Origin: Yuukianura sp. NJ FZ-2021
Taxonomy: Eukaryota
Direction of reading: 5' to 3'
Assembly (NCBI GenBank): GCA_046563655.1
Contig: CM102284.1
Coordinates: 3,162,001 to 3,226,000, forward strand
DNA: 64,000 bases
Below, in pieces: positions 1 to 21,347 of the stretch (positions are counted from its first letter, which is position 1; the number at the start of each line of letters is the position of its first letter). The notes beneath the pieces are model-generated. The model did not search any database, was not told the DNA's origin, and saw only the letters and a list, made by a program, of their open reading frames with translations. A program made the position numbers and the translations under genes.

Positions 1-407
1 GTAATAAACAATCGAGTTCCGGGTTCTCGTCGTTTCTCCAAGAATAATGGTTGAATCGAATGCTGTTGAATACGATTGATGAACTGTAATTACAAAAAGA
101 GGTCCGTGGTCACTATATAGTTTTACCAACTGGATATTACAAAATAAATCACTAACTCACCTGACCGTGTGATTTTCAGACAGTTACTATTATTATTTTT
201 CACAGCTTCATTTCTTGTGCTTGAGCTTGGTGTGATTTCATCTGTCTGTTTCAGCGGTCGTGAAGTTGATGTTCCTTCCAAAAAACTCAGCCCAACTCCC
301 AACGTCACAATCCCAACCTTCGCTCCCAAACTTTGGACTTTGGATGTGACAATAAAAACGACACACAATTTTGTTGAGGCAGACGAAGTATTAATGTTTC
401 CTGACAA
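1..407 (-). other. Possible 5' exons (UTR or coding) of a minus-strand gene continuing off the left edge
   Basis: Minus-strand donor G|GTGAGT at 160/161 and acceptor TTACAG at 84-85 define a 77-nt intron; the frame stays open across the junction, but there is no convincing ATG and no recognisable product. Confidence 0.25.
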
Positions 408-561
408 TTTGCCAGGACGCGAGAAGAGAAAATCAAAAAGTCTTCATCCAACTTCACCACTACTACATACACTAGGTACAAAATAAAAAAAGTAGAGCCG
501 GTCGTAATGTCGACCTTATATTTTATTGCATTCCGACGGGCGCGGGCGAGGAAAACTACAA

Positions 562-619
562 GATTTGTATTATCCCGAACCCGGTTCCAGATCTGGAATC
601 AATCGGGACAATACAAATC
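562..619. repeat. 58-bp imperfect palindrome/hairpin
   Basis: GATTTGTATTATCCCGA (562-578) pairs with TCGGGACAATACAAATC (603-619, 1 mismatch) around a perfect central palindrome TTCCAGATCTGGAA (585-598). Confidence 0.8.
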
Positions 620-3600
620 ATCATCGCACTCTGGCCATAGGGCGATGATGAAAAAGTTTTTTTAAAAAAATACACTTAATTACTAATTCCCAGCATTGGC
701 AAATACCAAGCATTGACAATGGATTTTTAATAGCATGAAAGAATTCTCGTACGTCTTGTCCAATGCAACGGACTAAAGCCCAAATATCAGTCTACAGTGT
801 TAAACACCGCAAAATCGTTTAAGTGGAATTTTTTTTTTAAATTTGCGATTTCTGGGGAAGATTGAAAATATACAACCCAAAGTTTGAAAGTATAATACAA
901 CCTTTGAGTTTGTTGTTGCCTACTTTTCGCTGAACAGCACTGTAATAAATTGTCCATCCTGCGTTTGAATGCGTGACATTAATTGCGGATAAATGGAAAT
1001 CTCATTAGACGCTTCCAAAGGTTTTATCAGGAAACAGGATCAATAAAAAAAACTGAATCAGAATTTCGTAATTGTGAGGGTTAGGATAAGTTGATTTTGC
1101 GGATGATTCGGAGTTAAATGGCGTAATTACATGGGTGAGGGACAAAGGGCCTTCGAAGTCCTTTCTCTGACAAGTGACAGTTGAATTATGGTCCATGGCT
1201 CTTTTATCACTCCCTTCAATCCCACTTCCCACATCACTACTCACACTCAAATCGGTCGCGTGCCGATGCCACAAAAATGAACCACTTGAACCTCTTCACA
1301 GGCCCTTTGTGTAACAATCGAAAGGAGGAGCAGGACAAGCTACTGCCACAGGCGTCGTCTCTCGGCCACTTAATTGATACACGCTGAAAATGTACGGAAA
1401 CCATTCCTCGGTCTAGTTCACAATCCTAGGCTGTGTTTTCAATTCCAGGGGGTGGCTATAACTACTGGAAATCTGGAGAGGTCATCAAGTGTACATGAGG
1501 TCAAAGTTCCGGTGGCACTCCAAAGGAAATTTAGTATTTGACAGATATTCCCAGCGAAAACTATAGTGACAAACCAACTTCGGCTAAATGATTTATTCTA
1601 TTTCATTGACAAACTTTATCCTCCAAGATCAAGGGCCCTTTTGAAAGGTAGATCCAAGGGCTAAGGGCTCTTGATAAGAATCTCCGTGTTACTGGGAAAA
1701 CTGTTTGAAAATTAAATTGTCGTATTGCACAGCTCAAAGTGTGGGAACAAACTGATAAAATTATTTATATTCTTTGGCATTATTTTTTTTCAAATTGTTT
1801 TAAGGAAAAATATTTAAAAAAAAAAGTAAAAAATACACAGCAGGAAATATTACCTACTTCAGTTTTTATAATTTTTTGCACTTCGAAGGTTCGATTACTT
1901 ACTTAGTTATTAATATCATTCAAAAACAAGCTTTTTCAAGAATTTGTTGTTTTCAGTCCTTTGCGTTGAACCATGCGATATGTGACGCGTGAAAGCGATA
2001 CACTATTAAAAAGTGTACCCTGTTAAAAAATTGTAAATTACGCACTTTTTTTTAAATTTTTATTTAATTTTGTAGTAGTAGTAGTAGTAGTGTGAGAAAG
2101 TTTACTTTCACTTCTGCATTTACAGGGTCATTAATTCCATTTTTTCTAAACTCTTCTTTCAGAACCAGTCGTTTAACCCTAGACATTGAAAAACGGTCTG
2201 TCATTGACTGGAAGTTACGGAAGTAAAAATTGAAAAAAATTAGGAACAATTGCCCGAGAAGAATGGAGGAAAACCAAGTATCAAATTCCAAAATCTTTGA
2301 ATAGGAGTGCCACACTCAGGGCTCTTAACGCCTCATTTAACTCCGTGGACTCTGTCTTTTGTTCTAGCTACTCAAAAAGTGGCGGAAGGGAGCAGCAGCC
2401 CCTTTGCCTTGTGCCTTTTTAAAAATTAAAAAATGAGTCTTTTTTGGAAATGATGAAGTGAGGGTGAAGGGTTGATGTGGGGTGTGATCTCATCTTCACT
2501 TTCTCCCACATCCAACAATTGACTCCTGTTGGAGGGATGATCTGTTGCTCTTTTAGCATTAGTCACCCTCATCCCTGTCAATCGTCAATTGGAATGGCAA
2601 GGGTTGAGGACAATTAACCAGTGAATCACCCGTCAATCAGACACCTAACAGAGTAGATATAATCCAAACCATCAAAAGACCATCGAATGCACCGCAGTTC
2701 CACATCTCCAGTAATCTATCAATCTGATAGCTACCGTTCAGTAAACGTTAAAAATGTAACATTTTCTATTGCCAATTATAGCAATATCGAGCCGCACCGC
2801 AACCGGTACACACTTCTAGATTTTGAAACAACGCGACCCGCCCAATGTTTGATGCCTTAATTTTCCTTAACTGTTTTTTCAATTTACAAAGAAGTTCGTT
2901 GTATTTCAAAGTACCGTAATGACATTATTAATAGCCTTTCTGCCTCTAAAAACTAGGGTAATGCCGAACCTTGCGAAGACTATGCGCTTTCATCATCGAC
3001 TTTGCAGTAATTTTATTCCGTCTGTGGTTTCCAAGGTCCATGTGAAATCATTTTGTTTCAATTCAAGTTTTTGCCAATCATATTTTTACCAACTACGGTT
3101 AGCACAATCCATTGTCTAAAACTTTCTTGGAAATTTTCCTTAGCAGAAGCTGCGAACGAAGCCCATTAGCTCCACCATTTTTTATGTCATTTTGATGACT
3201 GGCATCAATTGAGCGACCATATTGAGCTTGAATGTGCTGTGTACGGGACTGCGTTGACTTCATATAAGTATACACAGCGACTGGGTTCCAGATCCAGGAA
3301 GTCGTTGATTAAGGTTCGTTAAGACTAATTTAAGGACACACCACCACTTCAAACCCAGAATGACGCAAAAGACAGTGTTCTTCTCGTGTCGTGTCATCCA
3401 AAAAAATCTCATGAAATATTAACCATAAACCGTACGAATCGTCCCTATAAGATGATATATTAATAAATATAATATATTACATAATAACATTATAAATTGA
3501 ACTTGTCGGTAAATGTGTTTTTACTTGAAATTAAGTAAAGACTGGAACCTGATGATGGTGAAAGTTGAAGTTTTGATCCTTATCCTGATCATTTCAATTG

Positions 3601-5345
3601 AATCTCTGTAATTGATTCCAAATTCACACGTCGCGTCGCAGTGATTCTTCGGGTTGTATCGGCAGGGAACTAAAAAATAAGAAAGAAAATTAATATTGCA
3701 ATTTTAAGCCCGATGAGAGAAATTTACTAAAACTATTGATGACTTACTGTGTTCGTGATCCATCGATTTAAAATAAAATTAAGCATATTTTGCTAATATG
3801 ACCTGCAATTAGTTTTGATTTATGATTATTGCTGGTGTCATATTTTATTTTGCATAACCAAATCATAAGTGGTTTAATAGTGAACAAATAAAGATTAGAT
3901 CATTGTGTATATGAGTATTGTAGCAAGGTCAGACCAGAAAGAAGGCTTGGCTACATATAGGATTTGTAAATCTTTGTTGGAGTAAACTTTGAAGTAAAAA
4001 ACGACATTGCACAACTGACGACAGCAAGTAGATTCTTTACTTTAGCATTCGAATTTCAGTAAGGAAATTTAATATTGCTTGCTAGCGCGTGATTGAAAAG
4101 ATTTCGCCAGATAGACCTTAAAAGCTTCTATTAGAAAAGCTTTTTTCAATTTCCTGAGTTTTGAAAATTCTTAAACTCCAATCATTTTTTATTAATTATG
4201 GATGGAATTCTAAGAAAACGCATGTGCGCGCATATGCTGAACATCAAACCAACCCGCAGTTATGCAACTAGTATGTGCCATGTATTGAGCTTTTTTTCAA
4301 ACTGATAAATCTTTAACATAAACAAAATTTGAAGTTTATATTCATTTTGGTTGTCAGTTTCCTGCTAACATTTTCTAAACTGCCAATTGTCTTAATCATT
4401 GCAATTCCGTGGACTACTTAAAACTTACTTAGAAAAACACTCACAAAACGCACAGTAAAAGCCAATTTTAGAAATCAGCTTGATCAATTGAGACGTGCGG
4501 CTTTAATTCTCAAATACTGAGACCACATACTTTCTCCATTCCTTTGTTTACAATGCTGATTACTACAAGAAAAATTATGTGAATTTTTAATTGTAAATTA
4601 GTTTACCTTAAGGGCGGAGCTTCACTTATAATATGATCAGAAGAGATGAAGACAGACTGGAAATTCGGCCTGAACTTGTGTCGCCATTGGAACGCGTGTT
4701 AAAGGTCCACCCTCCCTGTGCTTCTCCGCACAGCCTCCCTGGTCCAATAGAAGGATCAAAGATCTCCGCCTCCTTCGCAGTGTCTGGTCCATTCTGGTCC
4801 ACTTTCGGAGATGATCTGAATCTGAATCCAGTGGTAGTGGGTGTTTGGACAAGAGCAGGGGAACAACTGATGTCCCAACAAACCAGTTAGCCTTAGTTTA
4901 GTTGAATTAGAAATTATTAACAATAATTCGGACTGATTAGTTCACTTGGAAGGTAATCAGGCCCATTAAGGCCTCCCGCCAAGGTCTCCTCCATGTGCAC
5001 GCATCATCATAACTTCAATAAGCGAGTCGCCGAAGAGTCCAAGAAGTTCAATTGATTAGGTCAGTCTGTAGGTTAACCTAACCTGATTCACCTGCCACCA
5101 CTTCGGAGGTTCCCAGGACAAGCGATAATTGAATCGATTGGAAGGTGTATGACGGAGGTTCATTTGAAGCGATTCGGAGTGGACTGGAACCGCAAAGGAA
5201 CCGCAGTTGCCCCCCACCGCACACGCCAGCCGCCTCTGATAACAAAGCCAACTTAAAGACAAAGACTAATTAAAAGACACAACGCTACAACACCCCTTGG
5301 CCACTCTCCTTCCAGCTTCTTCCAGCGATTGCCACCTCCGTCAAT

Positions 5346-8994
<3,649 letters not shown>

Positions 8995-9817
8995 TCTAAG
9001 AATTGGTCCAAATTCATTAAGTTTGAACTCCCAAACATTCCCAATTTCAGAGTTTGTGGAGTTTTGTTTAAGAAAAAAGGAACATCTACTAACTAGTAAC
9101 TCATATTGACTAATTCAAGTCATGACAAAAAGTAAAGATTTTTTGGTGAAAATTTTTCTTGAAGTTTTGGGAGTCCGACATGCGATATGAGATTGAAGAT
9201 TTTCAAAGCCTTTGACACTTGCCTAAAATATCCCAGTGAATAACCTTAAAAAATTCCTAGTCGATTCATGTTTGAACAACACTCAGGTTGATTTTGTATG
9301 TTAATTTGGCAGCCATTTTTCAAACTTTAAACCTCACTGTTTCAGTCTGTAAATACCAAAGTTCATGTACTGTGAACCGCTAACGCGGTCAAGTTTATTT
9401 AGATGAAATAATTCAGAAAAAGTCGGAAAGTGTAAATTTTAAATTAGATTTCTGTGCGGCAGTAGCCAAAGAGTGCCTTAAGTGTATTAAATCTAGCGTT
9501 ATTTAGCATAGGAGGGCAGATGTATTAATTAAGAGACTTCCTTCTATTCTTTCTTTGTACACTAACAATAAACTGTTATTATGCATCTCATAGTTCTCTC
9601 AGAACTCTCCGCTTTGCGGTCGCAACGTGTCTTACATCTCCAGAAATCCCAAGTTAATTGCTCCTTCAATACTTTAAACTCCAATTAATTAATGCTTTCG
9701 TAGAATTACTCAAATGAAAGGCAGGGTGTACTATGGATTACGATCGGAGTTGGACACTGTCCTTCCTCCGTCACCGTACGAGTGTAACACTCTAAGTGCT
9801 GACGTCAAAAGGACATT

Positions 9818-10123
9818 TTATAGCTCCCATTGATGTCGCAAAATTTTCAGAAATAAGAGCACTGTCGAGAATAATGTTGAATGTTTCGATAAAATTTTTA
9901 AAATTTGCAATTCGAATATATGCCTGGAATTCCTCCATCATTTGCGACGTGGAAAACCGACGCTGATATTTTTTGATTTCTAATTAGCGACCTTGCAAAT
10001 GCAAACAACGCAGCCGTATTTCAGAAATATATTTCAATGCAATGTTGAGCATGATACCGATTTGTTTATGATATGTTATAGCTCTCAGTGATGCCGCAAA
10101 ATTTTCAGAAATAAGAACACTGT
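9818..10123. repeat. Pair of 48-bp direct repeats 258 bp apart, probable transposon remnant
   Basis: TTATAGCTCCCATTGATGTCGCAAAATTTTCAGAAATAAGAGCACTGT (9818-9865) vs TTATAGCTCTCAGTGATGCCGCAAAATTTTCAGAAATAAGAACACTGT (10076-10123). Confidence 0.7.
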
Positions 10124-10917
10124 TTTGACAGTATTCGTGGATTGTAGCTTATAGATTGGTCTTAAATCCGAAACAGCCTATTAAACGTATGGGAACTCTG
10201 AAAGTATGAGACATGGATTTATTTTTTTAAATTAACAAAAAAAAATAGAAAGCGACGAGAGTGGTCAAAACCGTTTGTCAATTTAGAATCAGCGTAAAAA
10301 ACTGAGTTAATCCGGCATCGAACTACGTCGCTATTAGTGCGTAACGTATAACTATAAATAGCATTTTCGGAGGATTCAGAGGATTAGTAGGTATGTCCGA
10401 GAAAGGAGTTCGAATTCTTTTAACCTGAGACAGCTGTCTGATATGGTCGTGTTTCTTCCTAAATTTTTAACACAGATTTAAGATTTCGTAGTAGCATAGA
10501 TAATTCTGGAGGAAGTTACCGGAGGAAGGCGGAGGTAATTTAATTGGTAGATTGGCCTTCTACTCGTCCATTGTATTACACTCAACGAACGTGATTGCTA
10601 CTCTTTGCAGTGAGAGGTATTCTTTGAGTTCAATATGCCGAAAATAATATCAGCTCCGTTATTCTAAAAAGAATCTAACTAAGGTTTGCTGTTTTTTTTT
10701 TTGCTTTGCAGAGTCCACATTGCAGAACACAGTTTCGCCAGTCTCGGTGGTGTTCGGTGTTGGCCCTTCTATTTTTTGACCTGGACCTGTAACATGCACA
10801 CTTCGTTTACACCAATGTAAAGTCAGAACGCCAACTCATTCTAGCAGTATGGTCCAAATTCATCATCGGTGCGAAGTTTAGCACTCTCAGATTTCGCTGC
10901 CAGTAATCCCTTTCACT

Positions 10918-12634
10918 ATGGCTGATCTTTGCGTGATGTTGTTGAAACGCAAACTACCTGCCAAATCGGTTGGGCGAGAACGCGTACGTTCTGAGTCTTC
11001 AGCTCTAGAGGAACCACTGGAGGATTTTCAGTGTTTACGCAGACGACGGAGATCCTCAGCACGAGAACCCAAAATACATGGAGTTTCAATCATCACGCTT
11101 ACTACAGTTTTCGCTCTGAGCTGTGTCTTTCTTCTTGGTGCTTTGAGTGCTGTTATGATCACAGTTTGGAGGTCGGGAACTCCACGAAGCGGACGATTTC
11201 AACCACTGCTGTCAGTAGAACACCTAACTGTAGCTGACGAAAAAGATTTTATGACTCTTCAAATTGACCAAGATGGGGAATGCGAAGGAGAAAACAAGTT
11301 AGGTATGTTGACTTCACTTTGTTTTGTTTTTAAACAGTTGAAAACGTTGTGTTATTGGCAAATTTTATTTCTAACAGGGATGGAGTTAGAAGCCATCAGT
11401 TCAATTCATGCTGCGCTTGATATGAGACAAAATGGCAAATTAAAGAAAGCACAAAAATTGTTCCAACACGCCATGGCTTTGTGTCCCAGGCATCCGGATG
11501 TACTCACCCACTACGGAGAATTCTTTGAAGACGCTGCAGATTATCTCATGGCAGATCATTTGTATGTGCAAGCCCTAACATATTCCCCTCATCACTCCCA
11601 AGCTCTTGTCAATCGAAAACGAACACTTCCCTTGGTTGAAGAAATTGATGAGAAGCATCTGCAGAAAATCGACGGTAAAAGAGACTTCCTATCTTCCGCT
11701 GGAGATTCCAGTACGCTTCACAGGATTCGTAAAGAAGCTTATTTCCAGCATCTCTACCATTCCGCTGGTATTGAAGGTAACACGCTGACCTTATCGCAAA
11801 CGCGTATGATAATTGAAACACGGATGGCCGTTGGAGGAAAAAGTATTATTGAGCACAATGAAATATTGGGCCTGGATGCCGCTATGAAATTTATCAATCA
11901 CACTCTAACAAATCGAATTGGAACAATTCGTATGGAAGATATTCTTGAAGTTCATCGCAATGTTATGTCGTTCGTGGATCCCTCAGAAGCTGGTCACTTC
12001 AGGAGAACACGTAATAGAGTTACACGTATTTTTTTTATTTCATTCACGATCATTTCATAACTTTTATTCTTCTTGTTCATTTTATACAGAAGTTTACGTC
12101 GGTTCTCACGTACCACCATCTCCAGCAGATCTGGAGGGGCAAATGACACAACTAATTGAATGGCTTAATTCAGAGGATGCACTTTCCCTGCACCCGATTC
12201 ATTACGCCGCTATTTTGCATTATAAAGTGGTGTACATCCATCCATTTATAGACGGAAATGGCAGAACAGCTCGACTATTAATGAATTGTAAGCTTTTAAT
12301 TCTAAGCGTTTTCAGTCAGTGGCGATTCAAAAAAAAAACTGGCTAATTTTTGTGTATTTTCTTAGGGATTTTAATGCAGGGAGGCTTTCCACCTGTAATC
12401 ATACCAAAGCAAGACCGGCATCTTTACTACGAACATCTTGACACTGCAAATCGCGGTGACCTTCGGCCATTTATTCGCTTCATTGGATCTTGTACAGAGA
12501 AGACGCTGGACGCCTATCTCTACTCTATACACGAACACCCGCAGTATCATATCCAAGGTCCTCCGCCAATTTCTCAAAATAGCAATGTGCTTTGGGAAGA
12601 GGACGAGGAGGATAGCAATGAAAATGAGTTCTAA
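10918..12634 (+). CDS. Fic: FIC-domain protein adenylyltransferase (FICD/HYPE), ER BiP AMPylase
   Basis: Exons 10918-11302, 11378-12010, 12090-12287, 12366-12634. N-terminal TM segment, TPR region ([25 protein letters not shown]), inhibitory motif SAGIEGN, Fic motif [12 protein letters not shown]. Confidence 0.95.
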
Positions 12635-13434
12635 ACAGATGATCTCCACAAAATTGGAGCAACACGCAAGAAACACTTATTTTTAATACAATAAACGCTA
12701 TTTAAACCGCTTAAAGCACTGGCTGAAGAGTGCGGTAGCACATGATTTTGCATACTGCATGAGATACAACCTACTCGTTCTCATGCTATAGTAAATACGA
12801 CGCCCAGAACAAACCCACACATGAGCAATACTTTTGTTAGCAGACTTTTTCCATCATGTGGACGAAACAACTACGTTTTTTTACTTCTTACCACTAAAAT
12901 TTATAGCAAAGTCAGGTTTTGGAGGGAATTTTATTCTTCTTTCAAAAATTACAAACTGCAACTCACAGTAAAGTACAACTGATAATTGAAACGACAATAT
13001 CAGAAACAACACTTCCTTATTAGAGTTTATGATAACGTCCAGCCCATATGTGTATCAGATATATGATCCTCCCTTGAGATTATTTGGAATGAGAAACTAG
13101 GAAAAGGACTTTTGTTTGGTTGGAAACAAACTGAATTGAAATGATCTGGAATGAGAGTTTCCAGCGCTAGCCAAGTATGTGTAATACAAGATGGTTAAAT
13201 ATTAATAAGACGTAAAATGGTAGTTTAAAGCGTAGTAGTTTAGTTTAAAGTGGAAAATATCATTGACTCCATCTTCCACCATGGTTTAGTGTTAATGTTA
13301 ATGGATTAAGATAATTTAGACTTGGGATTTGGTTTATTAAGTAATCCACTTTCTACCTCCAGAGGCGTCGTCAGTCGGGTGTTCAAGTTCACTAAACGTC
13401 CTCTTCCCACTCCATCAACAATTTTTCCTGAGCG

Positions 13435-17532
<4,098 letters not shown>

Positions 17533-20500
17533 TTTGCGATGTCCTGATCCTCCTGATCCGATGGGAGATCTAAAAACAAATTCAGACAATTACAATTAAT
17601 GTTGACTTTTTGATTAGGTCGAAAGGTGATTCAGATTCTCTTCATTATATGATAAGTTGCATACAGGTAGGCCCTGAGGACAAACTAAATACCGAAAACC
17701 CTCTAAACTATTTTCGTTCATAATTACTACGAACAACTTCAATTATTAAGTATTTTGCCTTCCTTCAGACCCTTGCGGAAATGCAGTTTCAGCGAAACAA
17801 ATGAAAGAAAAGAGAATGTACGTAAATGCACGTCATTTTTATAACTACAAATAGGTGAACGTTGTAAGGTAATTAATAACATTATCCGACCCGACGGGCG
17901 GACGTAAACTTCTATTCACCAGCAGTTGGGCCACCTATGACTCATTCCAACTCGTAAAAAAAAATTAAGCCCATAAGTGTTAACACAACCGGATACGGAT
18001 ACGGAAGGAATTTTGTATTTCTTACCGATTTCCTCCGAGAACCATGAGAGATTAATCGGTGGGATAAGATTAGACGTCTTTACAGTTTACCGTAGTAAAA
18101 TTAAAATACAAATTGCCCGTGCTACTTCCGTCTCCTTTTGATCAACAATCCTTGAAGAGTCTTCCAGTAATCCAGTATTCCTCAGTTTGCGTAGAACAGT
18201 AAAAGCGATCGAACTTAATACGATGATCGATCACAAAAGAGACAGAGAGCAGTCTAGTATCCTGGTTCCTTTAATCACAACAAAAGAATTTTTAGCCTGA
18301 AAACTTATTTACTAAATACATAACGGAAAAGAACGAGAGGAGAGCCCCTTTCTTCGTGTGTCAATCCTGTTCCCTCCTCCCGTGTTGTGTATGGCGAAAC
18401 TGTTCCCGTTGTACCATGGCACGGCAACGTAAAGGTCCTTTCTCTTAAAAAATGACAGGAATGCCTAAAACGCTGATAACCTCACATCACTCTTTTAATG
18501 CTGATCAAATGCGAATCAAGCTGACCGTCAGAACGCCCAATAACATTAACCGAACGATGTTTTGCTCTCGAGAGATTTTAAGACGAGACGGGAGTTGCGC
18601 TTGGTACCGCCTACCGCGAGATTTTTGTGTAAACTCTTTCAGCGGATTAGTGCCCCTATGTTTATGAGAAGAATTTGGTTGGTGTCAGGTATAACGCTCA
18701 TCATTGTAGCGTCATGAGCCACTTTCGTAGGTAATGTGTGTGTGGCAAATTATTTCCCGAGATTAAGTCAGAAAGAAGTCACCATTAAATTCGTTCCCAT
18801 ACGAGCGAAGCAGCCTATTGTAGCCTTAAAAGATGGCCGCGGTAGGTACACCAGTTGTTTTAGTAATTACTGTACTACTAAAACCTAAACATAAAGACCT
18901 CACGAGCGGTCCCAATGAATGTCCTTTATCCTTATTCTAACCACAACTTTTAATATTTGTTCCCTTCATCCTGTAATTTCCCGTCATCCCGTCTAGCGTC
19001 TTTAAGATTTAATCGATTATAATTAAGGTTCTAGTGAGGGATTATCCAACTCGCTCGTCCAGCTTTGCATCCGCCAGTACGCGATGGTCAGATTACGTCA
19101 TCGGTAATTAAAACATAATTCATTATTTATTGCACTCTGCACTGATTTTTCATAATTAAAAATTAAACAGAACGAATTTCTCTTACGCTACGTTTTATTT
19201 CGGCAGTTATTTGGTCGTCGAAGTTTCATTCAAGAACAAACGATCCAATGTCAAGAATTTGTCTGGTTCATCTTTAATTCGAGCTATTCAGAAGTCAATT
19301 CGTGATTTGCATGGAGTTCATGGCGTTGCTTTGTCTAAATCCGGTCTCTTTGGTATGGCTTAGCTAAACGTTATCTTTCGTTTACGGTACGGTATTTTTT
19401 TCCCCATTACTTAAATTTGAATTTACTTTGACAAGAAAGTTATGTCATCACGACATAATGGCACGTTAATTGTAAGATTGTGACGTTCTTATGGACAGGC
19501 CTTAGCAAAATCACTCGCGACTTTTAGAGGAGAAGTTGCCACTGCTGTCCTATCCATAACTCGAACCCGCATGTCCCGGCATACCCGTTTCGACATTCAA
19601 ACATATTTTTGTTTTTCTTCCAGCCAGTTACCTGAATTCAGATACTAACATGGCTTTTATCCGGATGAGAAGGACTGCACATCAGATCGTAAGCTCTGCA
19701 ATGCCCCTTGTTGTTGCAGTGGACGGTGAACCTTGCTCATTAAATACGTTATATACCGGCGCCACAATTCGTCACGCCAATATATTTCTTCGATTGTACC
19801 AAAGGCGGAAATTGGAGGCTAAATATTCTTCTCTCACCACGGAACTTCAACGGCAAGAATTTAAGCTTCAGTTATCTAAAGTGACATACACACCAATACA
19901 AATTTCGAAATGAGCCCAAATCGAACATTATTTTATATTTACTCTATTAATTTTATTTGCCATATTTTTTATAGAATCAAATCAATTCTTAATAGAGTTA
20001 CCAAGTCGTGTTGCTTGTGACCGTATAATGTAAGGACCAAATGAATTGATTAAATCTTTTCGTTATGTTTCAGTTTTGCTTAACGTTTTCGAATTAGTTT
20101 TGCGAGACACTTGACACAGACGGATAAGAAATCCGCTGACGACACTAATTTCCATACTGCTGAAACTTTTTGGCAGGGCTGTAAGAAATATGCGCTAGAA
20201 AAGCCCGAAATATTGATAAAAAATTCGTTTTTAAAAAATCCTGTGTATACGTAGGTTTAGCTTTAAAAAATGGTTAGGTCGTCCTACACGATTTTCGGCC
20301 GGGAAAAATGAGGTATCGCTTCGCCTATATCTTCCATTCAAAAATTCTGCAAAATCACCTATGTTTATAAATATGCTTATTAGTGGTCCATATATTCTGA
20401 TGAATCGACCATGAATTATGAAAAATGACTTATGGCTTCTAAGAATCTACGCAAAAATGCATCGGTGATGAACAAATTGCTTGTTTTAATTAAAGGCGGC

Positions 20501-21347
20501 ATTGTTCAGTGATTTCACCTCTTACATTACTCCGTGCATTTACTCAAGCACCCCCGGAAGCCAACAAGAAAATCCACTTTCCTCTTTTAGAATAAGAAAT
20601 TTGGAAGAAGCGTTTTGCATAGAAAGTAGCTTATTTTGCAAGAGGGGAAAAGTGACTTATCTCACAAAGTGGAAAGTCAAGAGCCAACACTTATTTCAGT
20701 CCTTTCCTTGGGGCACTTGTAAGCTTGTGTGAACTACTCAAAAACTGATTGTTTTACAACTTTGCATTATGAGACCAAAGTGAAAGCGAAGGAGAGTATG
20801 CGCCCCTTCTTTCCAGCTCTATCTGGGAAACCACTTTTGGAAAAAGTAGAAAAGCAGAAGGGAGATGCAAGCAGTTGAGCAGAGAATTACACCGAATTCG
20901 GTCGCATCTTTTGCATTGTCGTCAAGGGCTGCTGGCCAACCATCTGCTGCTGCTGAACAACAGACTAACAGTTTGGGATCCAAGTTCTGAATCATCTACT
21001 GCTCCCCCTGCCCTTAAAGATTGCCGGGGTTTAGCAAAAACTGGCCTGTGCAACCCTGGGTTCAAGTTTCAGATATTTGAAAACACAATTTAAAAAAGTT
21101 GAAAGCGACAAAGTGACTTGGTTGGGCTTAAGTTAACGACATTGAGTGACGTCTTAAAGTTGCAAAAGTTCTCCCATATAGTGCATAAGCAAAAGAATGC
21201 CTCGCTTGTATCACATTCACATTATAAACGACACTTTTTACCTTAGTCAACCAAATTAGAAAGAAATTACAATTGTACATAAAGTTGGTTGAATCTGAAT
21301 CAGGAATCGCTTACACTTTGTGAAGGAGGTCAAGTTTCGAAGCGGAA

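Noticed and set aside
2072-2091. (GTA)n microsatellite
   Set aside because: Ordinary short tandem repeat.
4633-4890. 85-aa ORF upstream of repo
   Set aside because: No recognisable domain or splice link to repo; likely promoter-region chance ORF.
10375-10425. GTTCGAATT B-box-like word suggesting a tRNA
   Set aside because: No cloverleaf or acceptor stem can be built.
19565-19572. Perfect Gcm octamer ACCCGCAT upstream of the PRDM8-like gene
   Set aside because: About one such site is expected by chance in a window of this size.
19650-19913. 87-aa ORF
   Set aside because: No motif, signal peptide or consistent splice sites.
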